DNA of 64,000 nucleotides, taken from assembly GCA_038087875.1 (NCBI GenBank), contig JAXLNO010006101.1, positions 1 through 64,000 of the forward strand. The letters run 5' to 3'. Positions 60,095 to 64,000 of this stretch are shown in pieces. A program made the translations under genes and the position numbers. Origin of the DNA: Malacoraja senta. Its lineage: Eukaryota. The notes beneath the pieces were generated by a model that did not search any database, was not told the DNA's origin, and worked only from the letters and a program-made list of their open reading frames with translations. Every line of letters starts with the position of its first letter. Within the stretch, counting starts at the first letter, position 1.

Positions 60095-62050
60095 AGCATT
60101 AGAACATTCGGCCCATCAAGTCGACTTCGCCAGTCAATCATGGCTGATCTATCTCTCCCTCCTAACCCCATTCTCCTGCCTTCTCCCCATAACCCCTGAC
60201 GTGCATACTAATCAAGAATTAAAAATATCCATTGACGGACTCCACAGCCTTCTGTGGTAAATAATTCCACAGAATCACCACCCTCTGACAAAATAAATTC
60301 CTCCTCATCTCTTTCCTAAAGGAATGTCCTTTAATATTGAGACTATGACCTCTCGTCATAGACTCTCCCACCATTGGAGACATCCTCTCCACATCCACAT
60401 CTATCCAAGCCTTTCACTATTTGTTTGTTTTTAAAATATTTTTATTAGAAGCATGTGCATATCATAATACAAACATTTCTTATATATCAATCCTACTTAG
60501 CTAATAGGTGGGAGTCCAGCTATCAAAATAATAGTGGTCCTCCTTTATCAATTGTATATTAAATCTGCTTCTATTTAGTTTTTTTTTATAGATAGAAAGT
60601 GAGAAATTAAAAAAAAAAGGCATGAAAAAGAAGAATGGAATAATTTACCAATAATACAACTTTGGAGATAGGTCCGTAGGTTATAAAGCATAACTATTCA
60701 TCTAATCCTGAGCTTGGATTTCAGTCAGATTCCTATGCTGAACCAATTTACCCTTTCAAAAAATCAATAAATGGAGACCATATTCTATTAAATAATTCAT
60801 GTTTTTCAATTAAGACAAGTCTAGTTCTTTCCAAATGTAAGGTCTCCGACATTTCCATAATCCACATTTTAATTGTGGGGGTTATAGGACCTTTCCAAAA
60901 TTTTAATATTAATTTTTTCCCAATTATTATACTATAATCAAGAAAGTTTCTTTGGTTTATTGTAAGTCTTAGGCTTTGTTCTGATATTCCTAATATTATT
61001 ATGAGTCGGGATCCAATTGGGTATTGACTAATTCAGAAATTATTCTGAAAATGTCCGTCCAGAAATTTTTGATTTTTATACAATTTACAAAGGTATGAGT
61101 TAAGTTAGCCTCTAAATGCTGGCATTTATCACAAATAGGAGAGATATGTGGGAAGATTCTATTTAATTTTGTTTTAGAATAATGTCATCTATGTAATACT
61201 TTAAATTGTATTAAGGCATGTCTGGCATTTAATGAGCATTGATGTATATATTGTAGACTTTCGTCCCAAATATCTTTTGTTATGGGTTGGCCTAATTCAT
61301 TTTCCCATGTGTGTCTATATAAATCCGTCGGCGGGACCTCACTATCTAAGAGGGTATTATAAATATGAGATATTAATTTTTCTGTATTAGGATGTTTATT
61401 CAAACATTCATCAAGGATTTCTGGTTCCCTAGTTCTGTAATCTTGTGTATTTGATTTAATGTAATCTCTAAGCTGTAAATATCTAAAAAAGTTATTTGAG
61501 TGTAGTCCGTAAATCTGTTGTAACCCCTGAAATTACAGAAAAGTGCCTTTCCTATAAAGATGTCCCATCTTTTTAATTCCTTAATTTTTCCATTGTGTAA
61601 AGCCTTTATCCAACATGGAAGGTTTGAATAAAGGGTTGTTTATAATGGGGAGACAGTGACAATTATCCAATTTTAAAGTCTTTTTTAACTGTTTCCAAAT
61701 TCGTATACCACTATATATTATAGGATTTTCACTATAGGTGTTTTAATGCAATTTTGTGGGAGCAAACATAATCGAACCAATTTCAAAAGGCAAACAGTCT
61801 TTCACTATTTTGTATGATTCAATGAGGTCCCCCCTTATTCTTCTAAACCCCAGCAAGTACAGGCCCACTGCCATCAAATGGTCATCATATGTTAACCCAT
61901 TCAATCCTGGGATCATTCTTGTACACCTCCTCTGGACCCTCTCCAGAGCCAGCACATCCTTCCTCAGATATGGTGCCCAAAATTGCTCACAATGCTCCAA
62001 ATGTGGCCTGACCGGCGCCTTATAGAACCTCAGCATTACATCCCTGTTTG
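60095..62050 (-). mobile_element. CR1 3' fragment split by an L1 insertion
   Basis: CR1 tail at 60095-60422; CR1 RT C-terminus (PVRPHLEHCEQFWAPYLRKD) at 61799-62050. Confidence 0.85.
60423..61798 (-). mobile_element. 5'-truncated L1-clade LINE with a 12 bp TSD
   Basis: DCLPFEIGSIMFAPTK…IHQCSLNARHALIQFKVLHR is homologous to the L1 at 48702-50411. TSD CTTTCACTATTT at 60411-60422 and 61799-61810. Confidence 0.88.
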
Positions 62051-62369
62051 ACAGGGAGAAAGTGTAATTGATGTCTTTCATATTAGTTAACCATGGATTT
62101 TCTTGACCACAGTTGACAGCCCCTAATGGGATTGCATGTCTATCACACGTCTCTATAGAGCACAGCGTTAAGCTTCGAAGGGCAAAATTTACACGAGATG
62201 TGCAGGTCAAGTGTTTTTTTGCACAGAGAGAGCTTGATACCTAGAATGCGCTACCAGGAGTGGTGGTAGAGGAGGACATGATAATGGTGCTTAAGAAAGT
62301 TTTGGACAGGCTCGTGGGTATGCAGGGAATACAAGGATATGGAACACATGCAGGCAGTGGAGATGAGTT

Positions 62370-62660
62370 TTGGTTTAGTTTAGAGATAGAGTATGGAAAC
62401 AGGATCTTTGGGCCACTGAGTCTGCACTGACCAGCAATTGCCCATTCACTATTTTTGTCCTACAAGCTAGGGACAATTTACAGAAGCCAATTAACCTACA
62501 AACCTGCACGTCTTTTGTATTTGGGAGGAAACCGGAGCCCCCAGAGAAAACCCACAAGGTGACAGAGAGAACGTACAAACTCCGTCCAGACAGCACTCTA
62601 GTCAGGATCGAACCCGGGTCTCTAATGCTGTAAGACAGCCACTCTATCACTGCGCCACTG
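62370..62660 (-). mobile_element. HE1/V-SINE-type SINE
   Basis: Reverse complement of the SINE consensus with B-box GGTTCGATCC. Confidence 0.8.
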
Positions 62661-63369
62661 TTTTGCCTTAGTTTAACTTGGTATCCTGTTCGACATGGAC
62701 ATTGCAGGCTGAAAGTCCTGTTCTTGTACTGTTCTATGTTCTATATATTCTCATTGGACATGGCAGAGTTTTCCACTCCTCCAGCCTCCATGTTGAATAC
62801 TTACTCCCAGTTTAAATCTGATTCAATTAGTCAATCCATTTCTCCCTCCCCTCCTGCCCTGATCCCCATTCTATATTTTGAAATAGTCATTCCCTTTTTC
62901 ACTCCCTGGTCTGTCTACTATCCCCACAACTTTCCTCTACTTTCCTGTCTTGGTGCATGCAACATCTATCCATTTACCTCTTCCCTTCCCACTGTCCATA
63001 GACCCAGGTAGTTCTTCAAAGTGAAACAGCGTGAAACACTTGCACTTCCAGTCAAATCTACTGCATATGGTTTTCATGACGTAATCTTCCACATTGCATC
63101 AATGAAACAAATTGAATGGCTGCTTTCTGGAGAACCTGCATTCAATCCATGGGACTTTCTAAGATTCCTAATTCCTGCCACTTTAATTCTCCATTCAACA
63201 CCCACCATGATCCATCCATCTGTACCTCTTACACTAGGATAACAAGGGTGACAGTAACCTTGAGGACCAACAACTCAGCTTCTGTCAGGACATGTTGCAG
63301 CCTTTCACACTCCATTCCACATTCAACGAGTTGTATTCCCTGTCAATAAAAGAACTGGTCATTTCATAA

Positions 63370-63900
63370 GTTCATGTTCATTTATTGTCACATACACCAA
63401 TTGGTGTAGTAAAATTCACTGGCCAGGTCAGTCATACAATTTTAAAAAGCAACAGACTCAAAAACACATTTTGACATAAACATCCATCATAGTGACTCCT
63501 ACACATTCCTCACTGTGATGGAAGGCGAAAATAAAGTTCCAAGTCCTTCCCTTGTTGTTCTTCCTTGGTCGGGGGCCTCGAGCCCCCCGTTGAATGGACG
63601 GTCTTGAGTCCCGTAGCCGGCGGCGTTCGGGCCCTCCGCGTCGAGGTGATCAGCTCCCGCATCGGGGGATTGTCAGCTCCCCTGCGCCGGGCGATCGAAC
63701 CTCGCGTCGGGGCTGGACGAACCTTCTGTGGCATTGGAGCTCCCGACTAGCCTCTCCCGAGACTGGGAGCCCTTGATGGTAAGTCCGCAGGCAAGGGATC
63801 TGCTCCGATTGTAAGTCCACACCCCGTGGTGGGGCTCACGACAGTCCTTTTCAACTGTTAAGTTGAAGTCAGAAAGAACAGATGCAAGAAGTATGAAGAA
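63370..63900 (-). mobile_element. Unclassified retroposon-like repeat (same family)
   Basis: TTTATTGTCACATACACC…CTCACTGTGATGGAAGGCG…GATGGTAAGTCCGC. Confidence 0.6.
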
Positions 63901-64000
63901 GGACACCAAGCTGAAACATTACGTAACCATGTCTTCCAGATGCTGCCTGAGCCACTGAGTTACACCTGCACGTTTTTGTGTTTTTTAATTACAGTTAAGT

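Overview
This is eukaryotic, repeat-dominated vertebrate DNA, not prokaryotic. The dense CR1 LINEs, HE1/V-SINE-type SINEs sharing the CR1 tail and Penelope elements point to a cartilaginous fish, probably a skate or ray (inference). There is one assembly gap at 9108-9238. Host-gene content is limited to three exons: an orphan PRDM9-like zinc-knuckle/PR-SET exon with a nonsense codon (25657-25928, minus) and the alpha1 (43261-43521) and alpha2 (59483-59756, frameshifted) exons of a non-classical MHC class I-like gene, separated by a 16 kb transposon-filled intron. The rest is a diverse set of mobile elements. These include a spliced THAP/P-element transposase with a candidate TIR pair and a second related THAP relic, a hAT/Buster element with an 8 bp TSD, a PIF/Harbinger MITE, two Helitron ends, an Academ-like Cys-finger relic and a DIRS tyrosine-recombinase fragment. 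Retroelements include Penelope elements with many hammerhead-ribozyme-like motifs, two L1 insertions with TSDs, and Rex1, RTE and many CR1 fragments. Several minisatellites and local duplications are also present. All assignments come from reading the sequence and recalling family motifs; no searches were run. Boundaries are approximate unless a TSD, TIR or splice site is quoted.
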